A stretch of DNA of 45,065 bases from Octopus bimaculoides (GCF_001194135.2 NC_068982.1:160697100-160742164), one strand, 5' to 3'. Positions 1-11,846 are shown, counted from the stretch's first letter. The notes: generated by a model not told the origin, from the letters alone. Translations and numbers: made by a program.

Positions 1-30
1 ATATATATATATATATATACAGAGACAGAA

Positions 31-88
<58 letters not shown>
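1..88. repeat. (AT)n then (AGAT)n microsatellite
   Basis: Directly visible tandem units. Confidence 0.95.
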
Positions 89-254
89 GCATATCTGTAT
101 TAGAGGTTATATATAATATATACATTAATATGTGAACATATATACAGAAACTCGCACATAAATACATACATACACATCTACAATGAATATAAATGTATCT
201 GAAAGTCTGGGGATGCAAAAATATTAGATTATATATTTTATCTATATCTATGAG

Positions 255-335
255 TATGTGTGTGTGTGTGTTTCTATGTGTGCATTATGTATGCATATAG
301 ATATGTATGTATATGTATTTGTGTATGTGTGTGTA

Positions 336-420
<85 letters not shown>
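255..420. repeat. (GT)n-rich microsatellite
   Basis: Long GT run; it explains the spurious ORFs at 248-460. Confidence 0.95.
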
Positions 421-423
<3 letters not shown>

Positions 424-1334
424 GTCGATTTTCAATGTAAAGAACAAACCATAACTTCAAAACAATAAAAATGAACAGCAGTTCCAGCTGCAGACGATAA
501 CCACTCAGATTGAATTAAACGACAGTTTAACTAAAATCTGAAAGCGTTTCCAATTTGGAAAATATTATTAGTAAATCAAATTATATAGCGTGTCAGCGAA
601 CTGCTGTCCCTTCAGCCATTGCCAACACTAAACTGTATTCGTACTTACCATTTATTACCACCTGTAGCGCATAATGGATATAACTACTTTAGTAAAGATT
701 CTCACTATTTACAAAAATCTAATTATAAAGTTTCGTCTTCCGGACAATTTTCTTTTTTGAAACAATGAAGGAAATATATTCAATTTGATATCACAAGTAT
801 TTAGTTATGAATAAATCAATGCACTTAATATGCCTATTGCTATTATCTTTACATCAAGCTAGTTTCTAAAAGATATTTGAAGTTCGTGTAAGTGGAAAAT
901 ACGACTAAAATAATAAAAAAAAAGTTAGGTTTATTTGATTGTGAAATCTGAAGGACAAAAAAATGCAATGTGCATAAATTAATACATCGAATGCATCTTT
1001 TCACCTCCAGGCATAAGATACGCGCCAGCGTGAAGGTTTCTACGTGGGTTGCTTGGTGTGCTGGAAATTGCAGACAAATTCTCTCGATATTATTCTCGAC
1101 CGTTTGAAAGACTAGAATAAATCGCAAAATGTATACTGAAGTGCCTTTGTTTGTAGGTCTCCATGATCAGGGCTGATCTGGGACACAATAATGATAACAT
1201 ATCTGCTCTACTTATACTTCGTTACCAGTGTAAAATAGAGACAAATTTCATTCAAAATACATAATAAACATATTCCATATTATTTTAAAGAATTATTCAA
1301 GAAAGGAAGGGCTGTGCACATGACCCTTCTCTGA

Positions 1335-1441
1335 CCATCCGTAAATGATGAACGGAATCGAGCAATTTATAACGAAATCAGGTGCCAGATCCGAATGATG
1401 AAATGTAATGCGTCATGTGGTGGTGTTAAACTGAGCGATGG
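1335..1441 (+). ncRNA. Candidate box C/D snoRNA
   Basis: ATGATGA (C, 1345-1351), CAGA (D', 1386-1389), ATGATGA (C', 1395-1401), CTGA (D, 1431-1434), terminal stem CCATC/GATGG. No guide target confirmed. Confidence 0.3.
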
Positions 1442-2627
1442 TTTAGATATAAAACTGTAGAAGTTGAAAACTCTCTTCGACAGACTACTGTACAGTTCAC
1501 TTCTACCAAGTTTCTCTCACTATGTCTTTTTTTTTCAAGTACATTTCTATTCTAATAACAAACTCATCTCTAATAATTACCACTTGCATTCTCCCTATTT
1601 TACTGTCATTAGATCTTGCTGCCGTTTCAATACCACCACACAACAACACAGTACTATATTATTCTTATCCCTTAAATTATAATTACTAACTCATAAACAA
1701 CTAATAGTAATAAATAATTAATGATTAATACATAAACATTTAATTATTAATTTTATTACAAACTTTCTCCCAGTCATACTTCTTTACAGAATTATTCATT
1801 GCTTCCTCTTTTGAATATTTCCCTTTATCCACATATTCCGCAAATTATTAACTTATAACTACATCTCTGTATCCTTCCATGTTAATTTTGTCTTTTTCAT
1901 AACTTACTGATTTCAAATCTGTTTATTTATTTGATGTTATTTGTTATTATCTCCTCTCATATTTTCTTTGTTTTATCTTAAAACTCTTACGTATATTGAT
2001 GGTTTCTATTTCCTTTTGATTCTATGCATTTCTTTGATCTAACTGTCTTTTTTCTGCTCTACACACTCTTAAATAATCAGCCAGATTACGGCCCAATTAT
2101 ACTATCCTCCTAACCTACACAATAAACAACGCTACTACCAAATCATATAGTAGCCGAACAATTCTCTACTTCTAGCATCTTACACAATCTATACTATAAA
2201 TAGTATATATATATATCTAGACTATAAATCCACTACTACATAGTGAAAGTCTATCCAATATATTCTCCAATTATTTATGACGTTTTAATGACCCAGGCTG
2301 ACCAACCTAGTTGTATCCACAGAACATTCCCCAAAATATTATACTTGAAATCAGCTGTTCCATTCCTTTCTTGTGCTCTTCCACATTACTCTTCAGCACT
2401 TTAGAGTTACGTTATCTATAATTAAATAATTTTTTTCACTAATATACTTTCAACTTTTAATCACTGTTATTGTTGCTTTTAGTAATATCTTTGATTTTTG
2501 TTTTCTTTTTTATCTAGAAACTATTTTTTAGTACACTCTCAGCCGAAAATTACATTGTTATCAAGGCTAACCCATTCGAAATCACTTATAAACAGCACAC
2601 AGTTTTTTCAAAAAAACATAATACCCC

Positions 2628-2732
2628 TCTTTCTCTCTCACTCTCTCTCTCTCTCTTCTCTCTCTCTCTTTTCTCTCTCTCTTTTCTCTCTCTCTCTCAC
2701 TTTTCTCTCTCTCCCTCCCTTTCTCTCTCTTC
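2628..2732. repeat. (CT)n/(CTTT) microsatellite
   Basis: Directly visible. Confidence 0.9.
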
Positions 2733-3050
2733 TCATATTTGTTACATGGACACCAAGTGTACAACAAAAGCTGTAATATTTGAGATGCTATCATTAGTTC
2801 CTGTCAGTATCTATTACAGTAAGTCATAGGAACTCTAACTCGCAGAAACTCAGACATTCTTAAAAGCTGCACTCTTGCAACCATAACTTTTCTTTTTATT
2901 TTACATAAATTATTATTTTTGTTTTTGTTTCGTTATCATTTCTATAAGCTCTATCCTCATTATCATTTTTTACGTGTATACATGTATTCTATTTCGTACT
3001 TTTATATTCGTTAGCTTCGGAAACTGATAACATTTTTATTATATTATCAG

Positions 3051-3243
3051 AAGGCAGCGAGCTGGCAGACTCTTTAGTACGCCAAGGAGAATGCTTCATA
3101 ACATTTCGTCCGCCTTTTGTTTCTGAGCTCAAATACGTCTTTGCATTTTGTCCTTTTGGAGTCAATAAAATAAGTTCCAGCACTGGAGTCGATATAATCG
3201 ATTTATCTCCACCTCGAATTTGTTGGCCTTATACCAACATTTT
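3051..3243 (+). mobile_element. tRNA-derived SINE, decayed (AAGGCRGCGAGCTGGCAGA-head family)
   Basis: Head aaggcagcgagctggcaga, B-box-like ctgagctcaaata, body gtcaataaaataag...cactggagtcgatataatcga. Homologous to the reverse complement of 18383-18620. Confidence 0.75.
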
Positions 3244-3285
3244 TTATCATCACAGCTTCCGTTGTGCAGTTACTCTCTGCTTAAC

Positions 3286-4445
3286 AATATTAATAGCAAC
3301 ATACAATTCACCATGGAACACAGCAAACAACTCCCTTTTCTTCACATCCTAATTAAAATAGTCAATAACCACATTGAAACAGACATCTTCTATAAACCCA
3401 CAGATTCTAAACAATACTTATTATTCAACTCATGCCACCCCAAACACATAAAAATTAATATACCATATAATCTCGCGAAAAGAATCTGTACCATAGTTTC
3501 GGACACCTATACTCGTGAACGAAGACTCCTTGAACTCAGATCAATACTAATAAAAAGACATTACCCAATATCATTAATAAATGATGGAATTAAACGAGCT
3601 AAGGAAATAGACATACGAACATTGAGGGAAGTCAACCGAAATACTAAACCAGACTTAAAAATACTCCCATACATCTCCACACATAACCCTAGAAACAACG
3701 AAGCCTTTAACATTATCATCCAAAATCTACCCATGCATAAAACATTGAAAAAAATTTTAGGCTCACACAAAATTATCAAAAGTAAAATGCAACCTAAATC
3801 ATTAAAAAAATATTAACCAGCGCAAGACTATATCCATTAACAACAGAACCAAAAGTGAAAAAATGTGGTCGACCTAACTGTGGTTCTTGCCCCCACCTTT
3901 TGGGGGGTTCAGAGTTCCACTTTAAAAAAGGTGAAATATTTATGATTAAATCAAATTTCACCTGTGTCTCGGAAAATCTAATCTATGCCATTACATGCTT
4001 AGGGTGTGGTAATAATTATATTGGCCAAACAGGAATATCATTCCGTAGAAGAACCACTCTCCAAAAGAACAAATTCGCCACCCACAATACAGACAGATAC
4101 AGGTCAGTGGACACATAGAAAGGTGTGCGAGGAATCTTAATCCTAATTTCCTAATTTTTCCCTTCTATCAATGTTCACATAACACCTCAATACAACAAAA
4201 AATGAATAAAGAGGCAACTTTCATCAATAAATATCTTCCTTCATTTAATGCCACTAACCCCATATATCTCATACACCATTCACATTATAGATCTAGATCT
4301 ACCCTAATTGCATCAAATCCAGAACTACTTACATCCCTTAAACATAATCTTTTTACTCAGGGACTAGTAGACATGACACCGTTCAGTATTCGGTGTGCAT
4401 TCAAAGCAATGATTAGTAATATTACGAAACTGGTATGCTTTTGAA
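3286..4445 (+). mobile_element. 5'-truncated Penelope-like retroelement (RT C-terminus, Cys-rich linker, GIY-YIG endonuclease), frameshifted
   Basis: IQFTME..QLPFLHI..ETDIFYKPTDSKQYLLFNSCHPKH (PLE RT thumb); CGRPNCGSC linker; NLIYAITCLGCGNNYIGQTG (GIY-YIG); ORF end FINKYLPSFN; hammerhead-like motif in the 3' pseudo-LTR. Confidence 0.92.
4400..4445 (+). ncRNA. Degenerate minimal type I hammerhead ribozyme
   Basis: TTCAAAGCA-[ATGATTA]-GTAATATTAC-GAAA-C-TG-G-TA-TGCTTTTGAA: stem I of 9 bp with one bulge, palindromic stem II, GUA cleavage triplet. Core has 2 changes from CUGAUGA. Confidence 0.65.
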
Positions 4446-4792
4446 TCTCTTTAACAATTCACAATAATGAATTTTATTACTTTTCTTCCTACCTCAGTTC
4501 ATCTAATTGTATATATCTATCGTTACTTTTCATAAAAAAGCTTTACTTTTTTTTTTATTTCCAATGTGCATTTTCGCTTATTTTTCTTCTTACTTTCTCC
4601 TTACATTTCCACGTGTAGTTTCTATTTTGTTTTGTAACATATTTCTATTATATATATTTAACATTTTAGGGAAGTTTTCTCTGGGAAGATGAGATGTTGA
4701 ACATATAAGCACCTTACAAAGACACTAAGCACCAAATATTTATCTACTTGTCACACTGAGATCTTTCTTATTGTTGATTACAACTATAGCCG

Positions 4793-5309
4793 TGTAGGTA
4801 GCTAGATAATTGAATGATCTCCTTTGCAAGAAAGATCATATAGTAACTTTCCTTTTCTGAGTTTCTCGAAGCAACGTTGTCACAAAACGTGATTCTTGAC
4901 TATTCAAGAAGCTTGGCGTTTCTCTTGGAAGTTTCTAAAATGTCTAGCTTTCCATTAATAAAAACAGCTTGCTAACCCAGATTTTTGCTTTTTAGTCGAT
5001 TAGTCTTAGAGCCATTCACATCGTTGCTATGTACGTCTATTTCTCTACGCCCTAGAGCAGATATGACCGAAAGCCACCACTTCGCTGTTGTTCTACATTT
5101 CCTATCTCCGACCTTTCTTGCATAGATTACTTCATTCAACTAGCATCTACTATTTGGTTCTATGTATTATCATCGATAGAAGAATTAAATATATTGTTAT
5201 GTAGTAAATTTATACATCTTGTATCTGTTCTTTCATCCCTGGATGAACTTTTGTAATAACATGCACGTAGCCACATCAACACTTTGTACTGTCTATATAT
5301 TTCACTACA
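4793..5309. repeat. LTR copy 1 (TGTAG...CTACA)
   Basis: About 90% identical by eye to 6799-7288; terminal TGTAG/CTACA. Confidence 0.85.
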
Positions 5310-5339
5310 TTAATTGGTGCCCCCCCCCTCCAATGAGAT

Positions 5340-6782
5340 TCGAACGCGCAGCCAGAATTCTTTTTCACTAAATGGAGTGATGATGACCAGCTACTCTTTG
5401 AATAACGAATTATTCCAAGCTGGAGGTCGTGGTGAAACTCTGCTTTAGCAGATTTGAGTTTTTCAGGTGGTAAAACGTCTAGGACGCGAGACAGATTCAT
5501 TGGTGATTATACGATGAGTAGTCGTGTGAGTTGAAGCATTAATATCAAAAGTGAAATTTGTTAATTCAGGATACGATTGAAGCAAGGCTTGATATTTGTA
5601 TGATTTATCCGCAATAAATAGTAGTGGGCTGACAAATGTGGAATTGAAATGTCTTCCTAAACCGCATAAATGTGTACTCCTATCAATAAGTCTCTTTATT
5701 TTAACATCCACTAACAGCGAAAAACTGCTGGCGAAAATCAGCTCCTAAAATTGAGTGAAGAAGGTTAGCTATAATGGAAACCTACTGGAAACTTCGTCTG
5801 GGGTTCAGACCCAGTATGAGTGAAATCTCGCCGAAAGTTTAATAGGAGAGCTGTTGACTGCTTGAAGAGATATGCCAGAAGCGAAAAGATTTCTTTAGCA
5901 AATTTAGACGGCCAGACACTGCCAGATGCTCCGGAATCGACTAGAAATTCCTTTTTTGACTCGAAATCTAGTATGAAAAATGCGCGACTAGGAGAAAATG
6001 TGCCAAGAACTGCGGTCACGCTCGGATTTCGGCTTTTAAGTTTTCCTGACTTTTAAATGTACAAGGTTGTAAATGTACATTTCTTAACTGTAGAACCAAA
6101 CTTATAATGACGCCAGTAGAAAGGTTTTGATCTGCTAGGAGAACAGGAATTAGAACGACGAAAACGACACCTTGAAGAACTGTTGATACGCAAAGGACGA
6201 ACTTATGTGACTAGCTTGTTATAGTGTTCTGTGTAGACTCACGAAATTCCTCAAATTCAGAGGGAACTGTAGCAACTGGCAAAGGATAGTTGTTCTATTC
6301 TGAAGTAGATTTTGTATACTCTAAAATTTTATCTGCCGATGCTGCAAGCTGGTCAACTGTGCTAACGTCGGTCAAATGGGTGAGAATACCTTGAACATAC
6401 TGTGGTAATCTGGCGAAAAAAAGTTGTTTAAGCAACTTACTTTCAGCAGTTTTGTCCTCTGTGAGCTGCCGCATTTTTCTGAGCATTTCTGATGGTGTTC
6501 GGTCTCCTAAATGCTCGTCGTTCAGAGGTTTTTGAAACTTCTTTTCAGAAGAGAGCGAGGTTCATCTTAAAATTTCGTCTTTGATTGATGAATACGTTGC
6601 ATCCTCCGGTGGAGCTGTAATAATATCTCACAGTTCTCCAGTTAATGATGGTGGTATAGAACAAAGTAAAATTTAGATGTGCTGTTGTTCTGAATTGTGC
6701 TTGTTTGTGTAGAAAATGCTTCCAACTGGACAAACTAAACAATGATGTCTCCTGTGAAAATTGGTAATACAGGATGATTCAT
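5340..6782 (-). pseudogene. Gypsy gag-protease-partial RT remnant with stops and frameshifts
   Basis: ORF fragments 6295-6486, 5765-6019 and 5276-5500. gag start MNHPVLPIF at 6782. Confidence 0.85.
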
Positions 6783-6798
6783 AGCAGATATCGTCGCT

Positions 6799-7288
6799 TG
6801 AGTTGAATCTCCCTTGCAAGAAAGATTACAGAGTAACCTTCCTTTTCTGAGTTTCTCGAAGCATCGTTGTCACGAAACGTGATTCTTGATTATTCAAGAA
6901 GCTTTGCGTTTCTCTTGGAAGTTTCTAAAATGTCTAGCTTTCCATTAATAAAAACAGCTTACTAACCCAGATTTTCGATTATTAGTCGATTAGACATAGA
7001 GCCATTCACGTCGTTGCTATGTATGTCTATTTCTCTACGCTCTGGAGCAGATATGACTGAAAGCCACCACTTTGCTGTTGTTCTACATTTCCTATCTCTG
7101 AAATTTCTTGCATAGATCTAGCATCTACTATTTGATTCTATGTATTATCGTCGATAGAAGAATTAAATATATTTTTATGTAGTAAATGTATAGACCTTGT
7201 ATTTATTCATTCACCTCTGTATGAACTTTTGTAATTAACATGCACGTAGCCACATCAACACTTTGTACTGTCTATCTATCTCATGACA
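6799..7288. repeat. LTR copy 2 (lacks ~18 nt of the left end of copy 1)
   Basis: Direct repeat of 4811-5309. Confidence 0.85.
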
Positions 7289-7344
7289 CAACGATCACCA
7301 CGTGGGAAATTTGTTTAAAGTATATTTATTTATTTATTTATGTG

Positions 7345-7385
7345 TTTCAGCCAAGTGGCTGCGGTCATGCTGGTGCACCACCGTG
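7345..7385 (-). mobile_element. SINE 3' tail fragment
   Basis: tttcagcc..ctgcggtcatgctggtgcacc matches 11903-11940. Confidence 0.6.
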
Positions 7386-7999
7386 TATGTGCATTTTTGT
7401 GTATGTATATGCATGCAGGCATGCGCCAGGAAAATTAGCACCCTCGCTGATATAAGACAAGTGAAGGTTTCTACAGCAATGATGTTTCTATTTGCAATAC
7501 AAAAGTATATCTTAAATGACTATAGAAATTAAAGTTATAAACTATTTCGTCTTTAATTACAACAAGCAAAAATAATCGAATGGAAAAAAAAGCAACTGAT
7601 AATTCCAGTAAAAAGAGTAATTAGGTTTGTTACGATCTATATAATGGTAATAACTAGAAAATAAAGCTGGTAGATAAGACTTGAAAAATATACAATTAGT
7701 AGCAGCTTTCAGCTGTTATTGCTAGTAAATAAATGGACATCTCTCATCTTTGTATCATTTTAGAAACATTATTAATAATTTACTGACAAAACAATATTGT
7801 ATTATATTTTATAAGTACATGCGATCTCTGTTTCATTTACAATATTCTATGTCTTCTAAACAAATAACTCATTTTGACTCCGAGCGGGTTAGTAATACTG
7901 GAAAATACAGCAGCGAGAAATAAGTACACATATATATTCAATATGGCTGACATTGCTTGTCTGAGCGTCGATGGATATATATATATATATATATATATA

Positions 8000-8664
8000 N
8001 NNNNNNNNNNNNNNNNNNNNNNNNNNNNNNNNNNNNNNNNNNNNNNNNNNNNNNNNNNNNNNNNNNNNNNNNNNNNNNNNNNNNNNNNNNNNNNNNNNNN
8101 NNNNNNNNNNNNNNNNNNNNNNNNNNNNNNNNNNNNNNNNNNNNNNNNNNNNNNNNNNNNNNNNNNNNNNNNNNNNNNNNNNNNNNNNNNNNNNNNNNNN
8201 NNNNNNNNNNNNNNNNNNNNNNNNNNNNNNNNNNNNNNNNNNNNNNNNNNNNNNNNNNNNNNNNNNNNNNNNNNNNNNNNNNNNNNNNNNNNNNNNNNNN
8301 NNNNNNNNNNNNNNNNNNNNNNNNNNNNNNNNNNNNNNNNNNNNNNNNNNNNNNNNNNNNNNNNNNNNNNNNNNNNNNNNNNNNNNNNNNNNNNNNNNNN
8401 NNNNNNNNNNNNNNNNNNNNNNNNNNNNNNNNNNNNNNNNNNNNNNNNNNNNNNNNNNNNNNNNNNNNNNNNNNNNNNNNNNNNNNNNNNNNNNNNNNNN
8501 NNNNNNNNNNNNNNNNNNNNNNNNNNNNNNNNNNNNNNNNNNNNNNNNNNNNNNNNNNNNNNNNNNNNNNNNNNNNNNNNNNNNNNNNNNNNNNNNNNNN
8601 NNNNNNNNNNNNNNNNNNNNNNNNNNNNNNNNNNNNNNNNNNNNNNNNNNNNNNNNNNNNNNNN
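8000..8664. other. Assembly gap (N run)
   Basis: N run flanked by (AT)n and (CA)n. Confidence 1.
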
Positions 8665-8701
<37 letters not shown>

Positions 8702-9779
8702 ACATGCAAGCACACAAATAAATGCTCACAGACAGCTCAGCAATGTAAATGAAATGGAAAACATCAAATTAACTTTATTGAAAAACACCACATAATCCAC
8801 TCAATAAAAAATATTTACACTATTATGAAAACGATTTTATTTGAAATGTTTAGTAGAGTAAAATAAGAACACACTACGACGAATAAGTACAAACAAAGAC
8901 GCAAAAAGAAATTGTCTGAAGACAAATTTGTCCCTGAATTCAAGGGGAAACTACAATGAAATGTATATGGACAGTTTCAGAACGGATTTTATTAAACTCA
9001 TGAGCAGGCAAGATGTGATATTACTTAAACCTTTAAAAACACTAAATTTCCACTTTTCATCCTTTATTTTGATGACAAGTTATAATATATACTAATGCAT
9101 AACTAAAGAAAAGAACAATATAAAGATAAACAGATAGATAAGTAGATATGACAGATAGACAGACNNNNNNNNNNCACTAAACTGTATTTAAAAACTGTCG
9201 CTTTAAATCGAAGAATAAAATATTGAGTCTTCCATAGCTTTCTCTCCGTAACTTACAAAGCCTTTCGGGTTTGTTTACAAATATTATATGCAGTATTAGA
9301 CACTTTAAGTATATATTAACTAAATTTGGCTAAATTGATGGGTGAGCGTTTGACCCAATTAATGAATGAGCGTTTGGCGCAAGGAGCCGTGCAAGCGTTG
9401 ATCTGTGGGTTCGATTCTGGCTGGGTTTAGCTCATCATTTTTCAGTCATTTGTTTGTAAATTGGCGTTTGAAATTCTTGAAATTCTGTATATATAGAAGC
9501 ATATATACAGAAGGAATCATATTTAAGTATTTATACAGAAGTTTAAGGCAATCACCAACCTTTCTATCCTGCATCTCCTGTCTTGTAGTGCGTGGATAAG
9601 AAATATTTGCTATTTTTAGTGTTGGAGGCTTGTTTGTCGGGGAGAGTATTGTGGGATCAAATGGATTTTTTGGTTTCTGGGCTAGTCTGTCATGGTTCAG
9701 TGGTTTTTGGGACTGGTCTTGGAGTTCAAAATGGTGTGAGAGTGTGTGTGTCTGTGCACGTTTCTATGTGTGTATACAA

Positions 9780-10905
9780 TTGTTCTTGTGTTTGTGTGGG
9801 TTTTTTTATTGATCTTAGAGTTCAGTGTGGGGTGTGTACTGGTCTGTGTACGTGTGTTTTATATTTAGCAGGATGGTGTTGTCTGGGCATTGGTGCAGTG
9901 GGAAAAGTAGGAATTTGGAGGATTTGTCNNNNNNNNNNGTGTGTACTGGTCTGTGTATGTGTGTTTTATATTTAGCAGGATGGTGTTGTCTGGGCATTGG
10001 TACAGTGGGAAAAGTAGGAATTTGGGGGATTTGTCTTGTGCACAGAGATCTAAGTGGTCACAAATTTGTGTCTGCCTTGTGGTGGGGTCCCTCAATTGTA
10101 GGCGGTGGACTGTCATCCTATGTCTGAGGGTAAGACTATTCTGCTCTATATAGTCTTTGTGGCACCCTTCACACCTAATGGCATAAAGTAAATTCCTTGA
10201 TGCGTAGGTGAAGCTATTTTTTACAATAAAAGTGTGTCTTGACTGGAATTTGTATATTGTTCCTTCAATGAAGTGGATGCAAGACCTGCAGTTAGATCGA
10301 CCACATATTTTGACGGTGAGTGTTGGGCTTCTGTTGAGTAATTTTGCATTGGTGAGTAGGTTTTTTAGTGATTTGGGTTGTCTCTTGCTTTTTGTTATTT
10401 TATGGGCTTCGGGTGTTTTTTTAAGACGTGGGTCTTGACTCAGTAGTGGAATGTCTTGTATGTAATCGGGTAAGCTTCTGTATTTCTTGGATTTTGTGTT
10501 GAGAGATATGGAAGACTATTTAATGTACCTTGAGTGTGTTTCGGTTTTCGTAAGTCTCTCTATATCGATTGTCTTGGCCCGTTCTATTCCATTGTCAACT
10601 AATGATGCTGAGTACTCTCGGGAAGAATTGCTTTTAGTTCTTGGAGTCTTTTATTTCGCATTCTATGATTTGAGACAATTGTACAGATTCTTCTCGCTAG
10701 ATTGAAGAGGATTGGAGGTGAGCAGGAGGCATTGTTTGGAATCAGTTGGTTTGTAGTGGATATCAGTTTCAATGTTGATGCTTTTTTAATATAATAAGAA
10801 TGTCGAGAAACGGAAGTTGGTCTTGACTATATTCCATTGTAAATTGGATATGGTTGTTGACACTATTGATTAAATTTTTGAATTCATTGAGTTGGTCGAA
10901 TGTGT
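9780..10905 (-). mobile_element. 5'-truncated, decayed Penelope-like element
   Basis: Minus strand: NSVNNHIQFTMEYSQDQLPFLDILI; IETDIHYKPTDSKQC; NLLYAIRCEGCHKDYIEQ...RMTVHR..ICDHLDLC..KFLLFPLYQC (GIY-YIG). Confidence 0.88.
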
Positions 10906-11698
10906 GATTCCACTCAACACATAGGAATTCACTTCTAAACCACGACTGTAGGTTTCAATCCACACTAAGGAACCAAAATTACATTTACTACCAACAACCC
11001 AGACGCCGGAATAACCAAAACGTTTTTAGAAGGCCAGACGATAATGGGGGGAAATACTATAATACACACCAAAATACCGCAGACAGAAGAACACCAGAAA
11101 TCATTTTTAGGCCAGGGCAACAGAATCCACGACACCAGATGGTAAATACCAAACCTGAAAAACCAAAAATAGTGAATGTAAGGCATACAACAGTTGTGGT
11201 CATTATTGCCAGATATGGACGACTGAACAACTTAATATCTTCAATTTGCCATTTCTTCAGTTTACTTACAGAAGATCCATCTTATAATACATACATGCAA
11301 AGAAGTTTAAACTTTAGGTTTTTGAACATATCATTATATCAGTAAACGTATGAATCACCACTGCCCAACTACCAATTTACAGCCGACACAGGAGCCAACA
11401 TGAGACACAACATAGAAACAAGAAATCGAAACCATAACCCCTACTAACAACTTAAATATATCGTCCTGGACGATATATTTTGTGTCTTTGTGTTGCTGTG
11501 TGTATTGTTCATGAAATAGGAGATAATTATATATAATTTAATTTCGTAAGCTGGTAATTACAGGCTGTACTATACATTATCATATACGATAGAGATAAAC
11601 ATACTTGTAATCATGGTCATGAAAGATTTCGATTGTATATTGTATGCAAATTCTCAATATCTATGCAAAACGTGTGTATATCATTATATTTCTGGTGT

Positions 11699-11798
11699 AA
11701 CGTTAAAGACTTTCTCTATTCCCGAGCGTTATACAAATACATCCATTTGTTGTTTACACCACCTGTCTTCGTCTGTTGTTTTTTCGTGAATTCTCCTA
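11699..11798 (+). repeat. Dispersed repeat, homologous to 43523-43628 (sequence 3' of the hammerhead-like motif)
   Basis: aacgttaaagacttt..cccgagcgtta..acaccacctgtcttcgtc..gtgaattctcc shared between the two loci. Confidence 0.8.
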
Positions 11799-11801
11799 TA
11801 C

Positions 11802-11846
<45 letters not shown>

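Larger units (their letters stand above)
4793..7288 (-). mobile_element. Internally deleted Ty3/Gypsy LTR retrotransposon (coding remnants on minus strand)
   Basis: Two ~500-bp direct repeats flank gag (LPIF..D..FVQLEA; HLGDRTPSEMLRKMRQL; LLKQLFFARLP), protease (FLVDSGAS) and the RT start (LGIIRYSKSSWSSSLHLVKK). No RNase H or integrase, no TSD found. Confidence 0.9.

Noticed and set aside
248-460. ORFs of poly-HT, VC, YI, L or I, including all ORFs spanning N gaps
   Set aside because: They are translations of microsatellites or N runs, not genes.
634-670. 14-nt minus-strand micro-exon ending AAAATG|GTAAGT
   Set aside because: Weak acceptor; such matches are expected by chance in 45 kb of AT-rich DNA.
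9370-9430. tRNA-like A/B boxes (TGGCGCAAGG...GGTTCGATTC)
   Set aside because: No convincing cloverleaf; at best a decayed SINE head.
9832-10035. 97-bp tandem duplication inside the Penelope endonuclease region
   Set aside because: The copies flank a 10-N gap and differ at 3 sites; most likely overlapping allelic contig ends (assembly artefact).
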